From NCBI RefSeq assembly GCF_000253055.1, contig NC_016070.1:690001-722000 (forward strand): DNA of 32,000 bases, written 5' to 3'. Position numbers and translations under genes: made by a program. The stretch is from Thermoproteus tenax Kra 1 (GTDB lineage Archaea; Thermoproteota; Thermoprotei; Thermoproteales; Thermoproteaceae). Position 1 is the stretch's first letter; each line of letters begins with the position of its first letter. Below the pieces are notes generated by a model, which ran no database searches, was not told the origin of the DNA, and saw only the letters and a list, made by a program, of their open reading frames with translations. Below are positions 1 through 9,959 of the stretch, piece after piece.

Positions 1-1124
1 TACTGACTAAGCCAGGCTTGATCGTGAGCTTCGAGAAGATGGCCAATATAGTTGAGGTAAACCCGACCGATTCCTATACAGTGGTCCAGCCCGGGATCAG
101 GATTGAGGAGCTCAACGTCGAATTGGCCAGATACGGTGTCTTCTTCCCGGTGGACCCCGGGTCCGTCAGATCGGCCACAATAGGGGGCGCCATAGCTAAT
201 GGAGCCGGAGGCATGAGGGGGGCTAAATACGGCTCCATGCGGGACTGGGTCCTCGGAGTCAACGTAGTGACAGGTAGGGGCGATCTGCTCAAGCTGGGTT
301 GCCGGACATTAAAGTGTAGAAACGGCTATGACTTAGTGAGGCTGATCGTGGGGAGCGAGGGCACCCTTGGCCTGGTCACGCAGGCCGTTTTGAGGGTCGC
401 CCCTCTGCCTGAGTCGGCGGTGGCCGTGAGAGTGTATTACAACGATATCTCGTCGCTTGTGGAGGACGTCGTGAGGATAAAATCGGCGAGGATTTGGCCT
501 CTGTTCGCCGAGTTTATGGGGCCTGCCGAGTCTGAGGAAGTCGGACTTAATAGAGCGTATACCCTCTTCGTCGGCGTAGACGTGAATAGGGGGGCTGAGG
601 GGGGCATATTGGCTAGGCTGAAGTCTGCTCTCACAGGCCATATAGCGGATGAGGCGATAGGAATCGAGGAAGCCATGAGGCTCTTGGAGCCCAGAAGAAG
701 GCTTTTCAGCGCTCAGGTATCCATCATGAGAAGACAGCTAGGGGATCAAGGCGTCCTCGTGATAGAGGATGTGGTTGTGCCGGTCTCGAAACTGCCAGAG
801 GCCGTTAGGAGGATCGCCGAACTTGCACAAAAGTTAGAGGTGCCTCTATCTATCGGAGGCCATGTAGGTGATGGCAATCTCCATCCGACCACTTGGTTCA
901 AGAGGGGCGATCTAGAGGGGGCAAAGAGAGCCAGGAGATTCATAGAGGGGCTCGGCAAAATTGCCGTCGAGCTCGGAGGAAGCGTCAGCGCAGAACACGG
1001 TATAGGCACTCTGAAGAGGGAGCTTCTGAGGCTTGAGCTGGAGCCCGCCGTCTTGGAGTATATGAGATCGCTGAAGGCGGTGTTCGACCCCAAGGGCATC
1101 CTAAACCCTGGGAAGATAATATAA
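1..1124 (+). CDS. FAD-linked oxidase, GlcD/D-lactate dehydrogenase-like, 5'-truncated by the window
   Basis: The frame is open upstream of the listed TTG at 18 (LTKPGLIVSFEKM...). Motifs: VQPGIRIEELN, DPGSVRSATIGGAIANGAGG, GSEGTLGLVT, GGHVGDGNLHP, SAEHGIG. Confidence 0.9.
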   Translation, partial: LTKPGLIVSFEKMANIVEVNPTDSYTVVQPGIRIEELNVELARYGVFFPVDPGSVRSATIGGAIANGAGGMRGAKYGSMRDWVLGVNVVTGRGDLLKLGCRTLKCRNGYDLVRLIVGSEGTLGLVTQAVLRVAPLPESAVAVRVYYNDISSLVEDVVRIKSARIWPLFAEFMGPAESEEVGLNRAYTLFVGVDVNRGAEGGILARLKSALTGHIADEAIGIEEAMRLLEPRRRLFSAQVSIMRRQLGDQGVLVIEDVVVPVSKLPEAVRRIAELAQKLEVPLSIGGHVGDGNLHPTTWFKRGDLEGAKRARRFIEGLGKIAVELGGSVSAEHGIGTLKRELLRLELEPAVLEYMRSLKAVFDPKGILNPGKII

Positions 1125-2278
1125 TGGAGCGGTGGCAAGACCTCTTCGGGCGGGCCGCCCTCGGCGCTTTGACTAGGTCCGATTCGTATATACAGGGCTT
1201 TGAGTACATCAAGCTATTGGCCGAGAGGGTAAGAGAGGCGAGGCTGGAGGTTCTCCGTAATCTCGAGTACTACATAGACAAAACACTAAAGGCGGTAGAG
1301 AATCTAGGAGGCCACTCCTATGTCGCAAAGGACGCAGAAGAGGCCAGGAGGATCGTCGGAGATATAGTGGGCAAAGGCAAAGTGGTCGTCTTCGGCAAGT
1401 CTAACACGGCGCTTGAGGTCGGACTGAGAGAACATCTGGCGAAGTTAGGCAATGAAGTCTGGGAGACAGATCTAGGGGAGTTCATAGTACAGATAGGGGA
1501 GGACAAACCCTCCAATATGATAGCGCCCGCTCTACACCTAGACAGAAAAGACGTGGCGAGACTGTTTAAAGAGAGACTAAACTTGGATCTACCCGACGAT
1601 CCCTCTGCCTTAGCTTCAGCTGCCGGCGAATTCCTCAGACAGAAGTTCGTAAGGGCCGACGTAGGCGTGACCGGCGCCAACGCGATAGCGGCCGACACAG
1701 GCGCTGTAGTCAACGTAGAAAACGAGGGCAATATACGCAAGGCCACCATCCTACCCCCCGTCCACATAGTGGTGGCCGGCGTGGAGAAGATAGTCCCAAC
1801 TCTTCCGGACGCTATAAACCAGGCGATAGTCCAAGCGGCATATCACGGGCTTTATCCGCCGACGTATATAGAGATCTCGGCTGGTCCGTCGTCTACAGGC
1901 GATATAGAGTTGGTGCGCGTTAGACCGGCCCAAGGGCCAAGGGAGTTCCACCTGGTCCTCGTAGACAACGGGAGGAGGAAAGCCGCCGAGGATCCGGTCC
2001 TCCGCCAAGCCCTTCTCTGTATAAGGTGCGTGAGGTGCGGCTTCGTCTGTCCTATCTACAAAACCGTGGGGAGAGAATTCGGCGAGCCGCCCTATGTGGG
2101 CCCCGTGGGCGTCATGTGGCTGGCGGTCACTAAGGGCATTGAGGCGGCAGGTCCGGCGGCCCTCATGTGCGCCCATGCCGGGAACTGCAAGGAGGTGTGC
2201 CCCATGAAGATTGATATACCTGAAGTAATAAGATACATTAGGACGAACTATCTAAGGCGCATTCGTTCAACCTCTTGA
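1124..2278 (+). CDS. LutB-like protein: LUD domain plus C-terminal iron-sulfur region
   Basis: GVTGANAIAADTGAVVNVENEGN (LUD) and CIRCVRCGFVCPIY...CAHAGNCKEVCPMKI; abuts the upstream flavoprotein gene. Confidence 0.85.
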   Translation: MERWQDLFGRAALGALTRSDSYIQGFEYIKLLAERVREARLEVLRNLEYYIDKTLKAVENLGGHSYVAKDAEEARRIVGDIVGKGKVVVFGKSNTALEVGLREHLAKLGNEVWETDLGEFIVQIGEDKPSNMIAPALHLDRKDVARLFKERLNLDLPDDPSALASAAGEFLRQKFVRADVGVTGANAIAADTGAVVNVENEGNIRKATILPPVHIVVAGVEKIVPTLPDAINQAIVQAAYHGLYPPTYIEISAGPSSTGDIELVRVRPAQGPREFHLVLVDNGRRKAAEDPVLRQALLCIRCVRCGFVCPIYKTVGREFGEPPYVGPVGVMWLAVTKGIEAAGPAALMCAHAGNCKEVCPMKIDIPEVIRYIRTNYLRRIRSTS

Positions 2279-3131
2279 TCAGATACGGTGTGAAGTAGAG
2301 GATCCCAGTGAGCATCTGCACGCCGTCAGCCAACTTCATCACGTCTCTCACTTGTCTACAGCTCATGACTCCGCCCACGGCCATTATGGGCACGTCTCGT
2401 CCCGCGTACTCTCTCGCCTTATTCAACATCTTGAGGAGGATAGGGTAGAGCCAGAGCCCGCTCACGCCGCCTCGCCCCACTCCTATCCTTTCGTCTGACA
2501 CAGGCAATGTATTTGTGAGAACGAGGCCGTAGCCTCTCCTCTTGGCCATCTCTGCGTAAAACCTTAGGTCAGATGTGGGACCCACTTTGATAAACAAAGG
2601 CTTTTTCGACGAAATTAGAGGCGAGACTCTGTCCCATATTCCCTTGTAGGTGGGGCTTGACAAGTTAACCTCAATTGCGCTTATGTGGTTGCCGTATTTC
2701 TCCACATACAATATCTGCGCCAACAGCTCCTCTGGAGAGAAACCCGCTATACTTAATATAATTGGATATTCTACCTTCTTCAATCTAGCTAACACCGTGG
2801 GTATCCCGGGGCTAGGTAGCCCCATTGCGTTGACGAGGGAGAGGGGCCGTAGCCTCGCAGTGAGAGGCGGCTTGTTACCGCGCCTATGCCTAGCCGTAGT
2901 AGAGCCGACTACAATAAAGCCAGGGCAGAACGCAGAGAGGGCGCGCGTGTAAAGACCCTCCTTGTCGAAACCCGCCGCGACTCCAAGCGGGCCATGCGTC
3001 CTTATCTCTCCTATTCTCCACGCAGTCTTAGGCCTGCAACTCGGCAGAGGCGCCATGAAGAGCGGCTTGGCTATACGCCTGGTTATCTCTGGCGGTATTC
3101 CCTCTATAATGCGCGAAAGCAACACAAACAT
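2238..3131 (-). CDS. pyrD: Dihydroorotate dehydrogenase (class 2-like)
   Basis: PLGVAAGFDKEG, VNLSSP, FIKVGP, VGGVMSCRQV; next to pyrE. Convergent overlap of about 41 bp with the LutB-like gene. Confidence 0.88.
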   Translation of the reverse strand: MFVLLSRIIEGIPPEITRRIAKPLFMAPLPSCRPKTAWRIGEIRTHGPLGVAAGFDKEGLYTRALSAFCPGFIVVGSTTARHRRGNKPPLTARLRPLSLVNAMGLPSPGIPTVLARLKKVEYPIILSIAGFSPEELLAQILYVEKYGNHISAIEVNLSSPTYKGIWDRVSPLISSKKPLFIKVGPTSDLRFYAEMAKRRGYGLVLTNTLPVSDERIGVGRGGVSGLWLYPILLKMLNKAREYAGRDVPIMAVGGVMSCRQVRDVMKLADGVQMLTGILYFTPYLIKRLNECALDSSS

Positions 3132-3228
3132 TCCTATGAAGGAGGACAGAATCCGTCTAAAGGCTTTATCGGGGCCTGGCCCAATTTATCGATTCTCAGT
3201 AACAACTTTCCTACAGAAATATTATTAA

Positions 3229-3810
3229 TCAACATTTAAATGACATTGTATAATTATATATTTGTTTATATTTATCTTCTCCTATTAAATCTTTTATTTC
3301 TTGTAAAATGTCTAGTATTTTATAGACTGGTCTAACCGGCACGCCGGTCTCTTTTTCCACACGTTTGGCTCCACACTGTTCTCTATCGAGGAACACTACG
3401 ACGGACTCCACGCGCGCTCCTACCTCCTTAAGTTTGTTGATGGCTTGTATCACCGATTGGCCGGTCGTTATTACGTCGTCTATCAACACGGCGCGCGCCC
3501 CCTCCCAGACGGCCCCCTCTATATCCCGCTTGGTGCCATACCATTTGGCCCTCTCTCTTACATAGGCTATAGGTTTATACATGCTGAAGCCCAAGATTGA
3601 AGCATAGGGTATGCCGCCGGTAGCTACGCCGACTAAGAGGTCGAAGTTTATGTCTCTCAGTATATTTGTATACTTAGCAATCACCCATCTGAGAAGGTCT
3701 GGATAGCTCAAGACCAACCTCATATCTACATAATAGGGGCTCCTCTCCCCACTCGATAGTTGAAAGTCACCGAATTTTATCACTTCACGCCTTACAAATT
3801 CATCTAACAT
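3229..3810 (-). CDS. pyrE: Orotate phosphoribosyltransferase
   Basis: PRPP-binding motif VLIDDVITTGQSV; GVATGGIPYA; SPYYVDMR. Confidence 0.95.
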   Translation of the reverse strand: MLDEFVRREVIKFGDFQLSSGERSPYYVDMRLVLSYPDLLRWVIAKYTNILRDINFDLLVGVATGGIPYASILGFSMYKPIAYVRERAKWYGTKRDIEGAVWEGARAVLIDDVITTGQSVIQAINKLKEVGARVESVVVFLDREQCGAKRVEKETGVPVRPVYKILDILQEIKDLIGEDKYKQIYNYTMSFKC

Positions 3811-3843
3811 GCTCTGAAAGTATTTCAGTATTTTTTAACTGCT

Positions 3844-4299
3844 TCAGACTAGCTCTTCAAGCGTGTGATAGCGGCCGCAGTACTCGCAAGCGAAAGTGAG
3901 CGGCTCGCTTTTGATCAACACAAACGAGGTGGCTATGGGCTCTCTGGGGAGGTTCGTGACACAGTTGGGATTTCTACATCTAAATCTGCCCTTTATCACC
4001 TGAGGCGGTTTGACCTTGTGTTTTGCAACAACCTCGTAGTTTCTGATTATGTTTATAGTGGCGGAGGGGGCCACCGCCGATATTATATCCACCTCATCTG
4101 GCGTCAATTCCCTTCCCTCTATCTTTACTATGTCCTTACGGCCCAGCTTCTTGGATTCTACATTCATGACGAGCGCCACTCTGGTGCCCTCCTTGCCTGA
4201 GATCCCCAATAGTCGGAGGACTGCTAACGCTCTGCCGGCGGGGATGTGGTCGATTACAGTCCCCTCCTTTATCTTACTGACTATGAGCTCCTTGTTCAT
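3844..4299 (-). CDS. pyrI: Aspartate carbamoyltransferase regulatory subunit
   Basis: [19 protein letters not shown] and zinc ligands CRNPNC...CEYC. Start at MNKELIV (4299) gives an ATGA overlap with the pyrF stop and is preferred over the listed 4311. Confidence 0.95.
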   Translation of the reverse strand: MNKELIVSKIKEGTVIDHIPAGRALAVLRLLGISGKEGTRVALVMNVESKKLGRKDIVKIEGRELTPDEVDIISAVAPSATINIIRNYEVVAKHKVKPPQVIKGRFRCRNPNCVTNLPREPIATSFVLIKSEPLTFACEYCGRYHTLEELV

Positions 4300-4895
4300 A
4301 TGGAGTTCCAACAGGTCGGCTTAAGCTTATCCCACTGCGATATCCTGGAGGGCTCCTCGATTAGGTAGCGGCCGACTATCTCAAAATCGGCGCCGGCCCT
4401 TATGGCGTCTCCTGGCTTGCCGCCTTGAGCGCCTATGCCCGGCGATATTATTCTGGCGCTACACCCTAAGACCTTTCTTACCTCGGCCACTGTAGAGGGG
4501 GCGTTGCCTGGCGCCACGGCGCCTCTGAACTTTCCAGCCGTGGGCACAAGCTGTCTCCAGAGATCGTCATAGAGCGTGGGCGTCGTCATTCTCACGAGGA
4601 GGTATATACGCTGATCTGGCTCTAGGCTTGGCGCTATGAGCCCGTGAGCTATGGCGCAACAAGCCCCAGCCTCAACGACCTTATTAACAACTCTGTTTAC
4701 TACATAGGGTATATCTGCCAACTTTAAGTCGACTATCACTTGGCCCAACTTGGAGATCCTCCTTATAGGATCGAGGCCTGCCTCTAAAACTAAGTCCCAT
4801 CCGATCTTAAAGCCAGCTACCTCCTCTCTGAGCTGCTCGGCGATAGACAAAGCCCTTTTAAGATCAGTATCCAACGCGACGATGACTGGACGCAT
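4296..4895 (-). CDS. pyrF: Orotidine 5'-phosphate decarboxylase
   Basis: [47 protein letters not shown]. Confidence 0.93.
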   Translation of the reverse strand: MRPVIVALDTDLKRALSIAEQLREEVAGFKIGWDLVLEAGLDPIRRISKLGQVIVDLKLADIPYVVNRVVNKVVEAGACCAIAHGLIAPSLEPDQRIYLLVRMTTPTLYDDLWRQLVPTAGKFRGAVAPGNAPSTVAEVRKVLGCSARIISPGIGAQGGKPGDAIRAGADFEIVGRYLIEEPSRISQWDKLKPTCWNSI

Positions 4896-5099
4896 TATGT
4901 TAATTTTTCTATCGACTATTATCTTTTCTCAGAGGTGGCGCAGATCTGGATCCCGGCGCGTATGGAGACGGTCGGCTGCCCACAGTTAGCGATCTCCGCT
5001 TGTAGCCGTCCCGGCGGCCGATAGCCGGCCTCCGTGGAGGGGGATCGCTGAGGTGCAAGAGGCGTGGAGATACATAAATTCTGATAGAAGTTGTAGCTT

Positions 5100-6014
5100 G
5101 TGTCTTGGAGGGGACGGGATGTCGTCTCGATAAGAGATTTCACTAGGAGAGATCTCGAAGAATTGTTTGATAAGACGAGGCAGATGGAGGCGCACGCCAG
5201 AGGTAGACTGGACTTGTTGAAGGGAAAGATATTGGCCGTGGCCTTTTTTGAGCCGTCAACTAGGACGCGCTTGAGCTTTGAGACAGCTATGAAGAGGTTG
5301 GGAGGGGACGTCATTGGCTTTTCGAGCGCCGAAGGGACAAGCGTGGAAAAGGGGGAGACGTTGGCCGACACAATAAGGATGCTCGACTCATATGCCGACG
5401 CCATAGTTATAAGACATAGGGCAGAGGGGGCGGCCAAGTTCGCGGCCGAGGTAGCTGAGGCGCCTGTAATAAACGCTGGAGATGGTGCTTTCAATCATCC
5501 AACTCAAGCTATGTTGGACCTATATACTATATGGCGAATTAAGGGGAGGGTGGACGGGCTGAGGGTGGGCATAATGGGAGACCTCAAATATGCAAGAACC
5601 GTGAACTCTCTCCTCGAGGGCCTAGCTCTGTTCGACGTCGATGTGTATCTGATATCGCCCGAGTTCCTAAGGCCTCGGCAAGAGACGCTGGATTATATAG
5701 AGTCGCGCGGCCTGAAGTACAAGCTGCTCGCCAAAGTTGAGGAGATCTTGCCCGATCTAGACGTCTTATATGTGGTAAGGATCCAGAAAGAGAGGTTCCT
5801 CGACCCCCTCGAGTACGAGAGAGTTAAGGGTAGTTATAAAGTGACAGCACATATGTTGAAGGGCGCCAAAGAGGATCTGATCGTCCTCCACCCGTTGCCG
5901 AGAGTGGACGAGTTAGATCCCTCTGTTGATAAGACAAGGCATGCCGCATATTTCAAACAGGCGGCATACGGCGTGCCCCTCAGAATGGCCCTCCTTAGCC
6001 TTATCTTGAGCTAG
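5100..6014 (+). CDS. pyrB: Aspartate carbamoyltransferase catalytic subunit
   Basis: [51 protein letters not shown] start with TATA-like tacataaatt about 25 nt upstream. Confidence 0.96.
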   Translation: MSWRGRDVVSIRDFTRRDLEELFDKTRQMEAHARGRLDLLKGKILAVAFFEPSTRTRLSFETAMKRLGGDVIGFSSAEGTSVEKGETLADTIRMLDSYADAIVIRHRAEGAAKFAAEVAEAPVINAGDGAFNHPTQAMLDLYTIWRIKGRVDGLRVGIMGDLKYARTVNSLLEGLALFDVDVYLISPEFLRPRQETLDYIESRGLKYKLLAKVEEILPDLDVLYVVRIQKERFLDPLEYERVKGSYKVTAHMLKGAKEDLIVLHPLPRVDELDPSVDKTRHAAYFKQAAYGVPLRMALLSLILS

Positions 6015-6373
6015 GAGCTACGCGCCTTGTTTCTGAACACTTCCTTATAGAGGTATCCTCCCAATTGTTTGCCCCTCTTGGTCAGATAATAGTAGATGCC
6101 GGAACCCTTCCGTTCTGGATTCCTCTGTTTGACTTTTAACCAAGGCTTTATCGACGAAGTTACCTTGCCCTTGAGCGAGCCCTTGTACCTCTCGATGAGG
6201 CCGAGCTCCTCTAGATGTGCACAAGCCCTCTCTACATCTTCGACAGGGACCACAGGCCGCCAACCCGCCGAGCCTAAAAGCCTATGCGCGATTAAACTGG
6301 GCGTATCAGGGCCGAAGGCGTAGAGGTGCGCCAATATTTTCTTCTCTAAGTCGCTCAGCTCCATATAGGGCAT
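6011..6373 (-). CDS. Winged-helix DNA-binding protein (DUF2250-like)
   Basis: Helix-turn-helix pattern [20 protein letters not shown]...[14 protein letters not shown]...[11 protein letters not shown]. Confidence 0.65.
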   Translation of the reverse strand: MPYMELSDLEKKILAHLYAFGPDTPSLIAHRLLGSAGWRPVVPVEDVERACAHLEELGLIERYKGSLKGKVTSSIKPWLKVKQRNPERKGSGIYYYLTKRGKQLGGYLYKEVFRNKARSS

Positions 6374-6427
6374 CCTGTAGTTCTAAAAATAGTTTATTAT
6401 ATAAAGTCCTAAACATCTACGCCGTCT

Positions 6428-7441
6428 ATGAGAGTTGCCGTGGTTGGAGGAGGTATAGCGGGCGTCTTCACGTCGTACTTCCTCAAGAAGGCCGGAGTTG
6501 AGGTACTGGGCTTTGGAGGCAACTTGGAGTACCCCCTTGCGTCGCTCGTGTTAACTATGTCTATGCCGGATCCGAGAGATATCGAGATGGCCAAAGAGAG
6601 CTTAGAAGTTTATAAGTCGATAGATGCGGTAGAGCCCGTTACGTCGGTTGACATATTGCCCGAGGGCGTAGACCTCAGCCCACTTAGGCGCGCCGGCGTT
6701 AAATACACTATAGTCGATCGATACGAGGGCTTGAGGCTGGAGCGGGGCGAGGTAGGCGTCATAACCACTGACTACATGATCCCCATACGTAGAATTGTAA
6801 AAAGGCTTAGGAGGGAGCTGGGGTTCCTCGACGCCGAGGCAAAGCTCGCTGTAGACGGAGGGACGGTCTATATAAAGGCCCGCGGCAAGGAGATAAAGGC
6901 CGACGCCGTCGTTTTGGCCGCCGGCGCAAGCAACGCCGACATTGCACGCGACATTGGCCTAAGGCTGCCGTTTAAGCCGTACTCATGCTATGCGGCGTTG
7001 TTCCTAGTGCCTCCGCGAATTAGAGGGCTGAGCATCGGCGACTATGTGCTAGGATGGTATGGGAGACCCGGGCTAGGGCCTTTCTATATAGCGGGAGATG
7101 GATGCGGCAGAGCCTACAGTGGCCCGCCGAAGGGATACGCCAGAAAAATAGGTAGACTTATATCGAGAAGGGCGGGTTGGGCGGTACCCATATTCGCAAA
7201 GTCTGGCGTCTGCGAGGGCTCGCCGACAGGCGGCCCTCTGATGGGCAGAGTGCCGTATTTCGATAACCTCTACGTAATAGGAGGACTAGACGGATACGGA
7301 AGCATGGTCGGACCTGCCTTGGCTAAGCGGCTTGCCTCGGCGATAGTCAAGGGAAGCACCGATGAAGTTATTGAGGAATACGATGGCTATTTTGACCCTT
7401 GCGTCGAGCGCCACGACTGGGGGGTCTTCTTCAGCCGATAA
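6428..7441 (+). CDS. FAD-dependent oxidoreductase (DAO family)
   Basis: N-terminal Rossmann VAVVGGGIAGVFTSYFL; ADAVVLAAGASN; C-terminal GLDGYGSMVGPALAKRLAS. Confidence 0.85.
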   Translation: MRVAVVGGGIAGVFTSYFLKKAGVEVLGFGGNLEYPLASLVLTMSMPDPRDIEMAKESLEVYKSIDAVEPVTSVDILPEGVDLSPLRRAGVKYTIVDRYEGLRLERGEVGVITTDYMIPIRRIVKRLRRELGFLDAEAKLAVDGGTVYIKARGKEIKADAVVLAAGASNADIARDIGLRLPFKPYSCYAALFLVPPRIRGLSIGDYVLGWYGRPGLGPFYIAGDGCGRAYSGPPKGYARKIGRLISRRAGWAVPIFAKSGVCEGSPTGGPLMGRVPYFDNLYVIGGLDGYGSMVGPALAKRLASAIVKGSTDEVIEEYDGYFDPCVERHDWGVFFSR

Positions 7442-7700
7442 TGATAGTCGCGTTGTTCAACGTTCCGTTGAGGCTCTTGAGGAGGCCGGTACAGCTATAT
7501 ATGCCCGATGTATTTATCACCAGAGGACATGATTGAGACGGCGAAATAGAGATCGAGCCGCCTGGATATGAGATATAGACCGCGACCGAGGAGGACGTCT
7601 GGGGAGCTTTAGATGCGAGCACGAATGTCGCAAGACCTATTATTAGCCCTAACAAGAACATGGAGGCGGCTAGTATCACGACGGAGAGCGCCTCGTCCAT
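7431..7700 (-). CDS. Small predicted membrane/secreted protein, unknown function
   Basis: 89 aa with one N-terminal hydrophobic helix (VVILAASMFLLGLIIGLATFVLA) followed by a Ser/Thr-rich exported-looking region with two Cys. Confidence 0.5.
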   Translation of the reverse strand: MDEALSVVILAASMFLLGLIIGLATFVLASKAPQTSSSVAVYISYPGGSISISPSQSCPLVINTSGIYSCTGLLKSLNGTLNNATIIIG

Positions 7701-7774
7701 GGCACAACAAACTATTAATTTTAAATAAAGGTTTCAAGCGGTGAGGAGAAACCGGACAGGCGAGAAATGAGCGG

Positions 7775-8614
7775 CTAACGACGCTCCGATAGCGATATCA
7801 AGTAGAGGAGCTTCCTGCCCACTCTAAAGCCTCCTGCTATTGGTTCAAGGAGGTCCCACTTGAGTAAATACGAGAGTTGCCAGGGCCTCACGCCGAGGTC
7901 TACAACGCTTCTGTAGGCTACGTGGCCCAACTCGACTAGCTCGTTAAACACGCTCTCTCTGAGCCCTAGAACTTCGGCGATTTTGTCAAGGACAAGTCCG
8001 TAGTCCACCGGCTCCCACGTCCCCTCCTCCTGTAGCCTAACGATGAGCGGCGCGAACTGTCTGCCTGCGCCGTCTACATCACCCCTGGCTAGACCTACTA
8101 TCCGTCTCCTAAGGTAAAACGGCACCTTCTCTGTGACGAAAATTTCGCCGGGCAGATCGAGAGGCCTCACAGCGATCAGCTGTAGCTTAGCCCCGATCTG
8201 CATAGCCATCTGGGAGACTTTGGCGATGCCTCTGTCATCCCACCGTACGTCGACAGCGAGCGATCTAACCCCTCTGCTTAGGACAGCGAGCGAGGCCAAC
8301 ACCGCTGTAGGATATGCGTTGATGCATCGACCGGCGCGCCCTACGTAGGGCAGAAGGAAGGCTATATAGGAGCTCTTCAGCGGAAGTTGGGCTAAGAGGA
8401 GCCGTGGATCCATCTCGTCCAAGCCCAAGATCTTCTGATCTATAAGGTGGGGCAGGATCCTCTCTCCGTAAATATCGTGCACTACTTCGTCGAAAAACTC
8501 CATGGCTGGTCTGTCCAACTTGAGAGGCGGCGGCTGCCCCCGGCAGAGGGGCGAGACGACGACCTCAACGTCCTCGACTAGGCGGATCTCAGACCCTCTG
8601 TCTATCACGATCAT
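7775..8614 (-). CDS. Hypothetical protein, 279 aa
   Basis: Long ORF with a TATA-like element about 25 nt upstream of its start; no family recognised. Confidence 0.7.
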   Translation of the reverse strand: MIVIDRGSEIRLVEDVEVVVSPLCRGQPPPLKLDRPAMEFFDEVVHDIYGERILPHLIDQKILGLDEMDPRLLLAQLPLKSSYIAFLLPYVGRAGRCINAYPTAVLASLAVLSRGVRSLAVDVRWDDRGIAKVSQMAMQIGAKLQLIAVRPLDLPGEIFVTEKVPFYLRRRIVGLARGDVDGAGRQFAPLIVRLQEEGTWEPVDYGLVLDKIAEVLGLRESVFNELVELGHVAYRSVVDLGVRPWQLSYLLKWDLLEPIAGGFRVGRKLLYLISLSERR

Positions 8615-8659
8615 ATTTTTAGCTACCTCTGCCTCTTAAAATCCATGAGTTTATCAGGC

Positions 8660-8998
8660 GTGCGTTTTGACTACATTCACGCCGAGAGGATAGCTGTTCC
8701 CCCTCCTAACTCTCCGCTACAAATCAACCTGAACTTCCAGGTAGAGGGCGAGAGAGCCATAAGGAGGGGAGGGACGCTTGAGGTGCCCTTCACGTTAATC
8801 TTGACCACTAGCCCGAGCACTGTGGCGTTGACTATACGCGGCGCCGCCATAATACAAGGCGATATAGATGTGAAGAATCTGCCGCCGCAGATAGCTACTC
8901 CCGTGATGCAACATGCCGTGTTTGAGGCGTCGCTCATATTAAGGGAGCTAGGGATGCCGCCGTTGATCTCAATACAGCCTCAGCAGAACCTCAAATAG
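8660..8998 (+). CDS. Hypothetical protein, possible SecB-like fold
   Basis: ORF with likely leaderless GTG start at 8660 (MRFDYIHAERIAVPPPN), since TATA-like cttaaaatc lies at about 8635-8642. The listed start is 8645. C-terminal FEASLILRELGMPPLISIQP resembles SecB-type C-terminal layout. Confidence 0.6.
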   Translation: MRFDYIHAERIAVPPPNSPLQINLNFQVEGERAIRRGGTLEVPFTLILTTSPSTVALTIRGAAIIQGDIDVKNLPPQIATPVMQHAVFEASLILRELGMPPLISIQPQQNLK

Positions 8999-9050
8999 AC
9001 TAAAAAATCTATATATAGTAATCCTTATTTATAACTAGATATATTCTATT

Positions 9051-9959
9051 ATGCTTATAGTCATAGCTCTAGGCGGCAACGCCTTCGTCAGACGGGGGCG
9101 CCCTCTCGATCAAGAGGAGCATCTATACAACATAGACAAGGCCGCCGAGTTGGTGGCCAAGTTAGTTAGCGATGGACACAAAATCGTTGTGACGCACGGC
9201 AACGGCCCCCAAGTCGGCTTGCTAGACGAGCTGCAGCTGAAAGGCGGACGGCGCTATTTTAGGCTTGATGCCCTCGTCGCGGCCACTCAGGGGCTCTTAG
9301 GCTATTTCATCGCAAACGCCATAGATAAAGCACTGGGAACCTACGGCAGAGCCGTTGCTGTAGTCACACGAGTTTCTGTAGATCCGGAAGATCCATCGTT
9401 CAAAAATCCGTCGAAGTTTATAGGGCCTTCCTACGCTAAACGAGACGCTGATCTAATGGCCCAGAAGTATGGATTCATAATGAGAGAGGAGGTCGGCCGC
9501 GGGTGGCGGAGAGTGGTGCCTTCACCTGAGCCCATGGGCGTTATGGAGGTGGAGGCCGTGAAGAGGTTGCTTGAGAGCGGCTTTGTAGTGATAGCGGCCG
9601 GAGGAGGCGGCGTGCCGACGCACAGCCATTTTGGCGTTGAGGCCGTAGTCGATAAAGACCTTGCAAGCCAAGTTTTAGCGAACTCCTTGGGCGCTGACGC
9701 GTTCATAATACTGACGGACGTTGACGGAGTGTACCTTGACTATGGCACGGAGAGGCAGCGCAAGCTCGAGAGAGTGTCGGCGGACGAACTATTGAAGTAT
9801 TACTACGAGGGGCGCTTTGAGGAAGGCTCTATGGGCCCTAAAGTTCTCGCTGCAGCCCGGTTTGTTAAAAACGGAGGCGCTTGGGCAGCTATAGGGGCTT
9901 TAGATGAGGGATACTATGTGTTTAAGCGTGAGAGAGGCACGATCGTAGAGAGAGCTTAA
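9051..9959 (+). CDS. arcC: Carbamate kinase-like amino acid kinase
   Basis: IALGGNAFVRRG, VVTHGNGPQVGLL, VVIAAGGGGVPT, DKDLASQVLANSLGADAFIILTDVDGVYL. Confidence 0.88.
   Translation: MLIVIALGGNAFVRRGRPLDQEEHLYNIDKAAELVAKLVSDGHKIVVTHGNGPQVGLLDELQLKGGRRYFRLDALVAATQGLLGYFIANAIDKALGTYGRAVAVVTRVSVDPEDPSFKNPSKFIGPSYAKRDADLMAQKYGFIMREEVGRGWRRVVPSPEPMGVMEVEAVKRLLESGFVVIAAGGGGVPTHSHFGVEAVVDKDLASQVLANSLGADAFIILTDVDGVYLDYGTERQRKLERVSADELLKYYYEGRFEEGSMGPKVLAAARFVKNGGAWAAIGALDEGYYVFKRERGTIVERA

Noticed and set aside
4919-5494. 191-aa minus-strand ORF spanning the pyrF/pyrB gap
   Set aside because: Antisense to the well-supported pyrB; biased composition.
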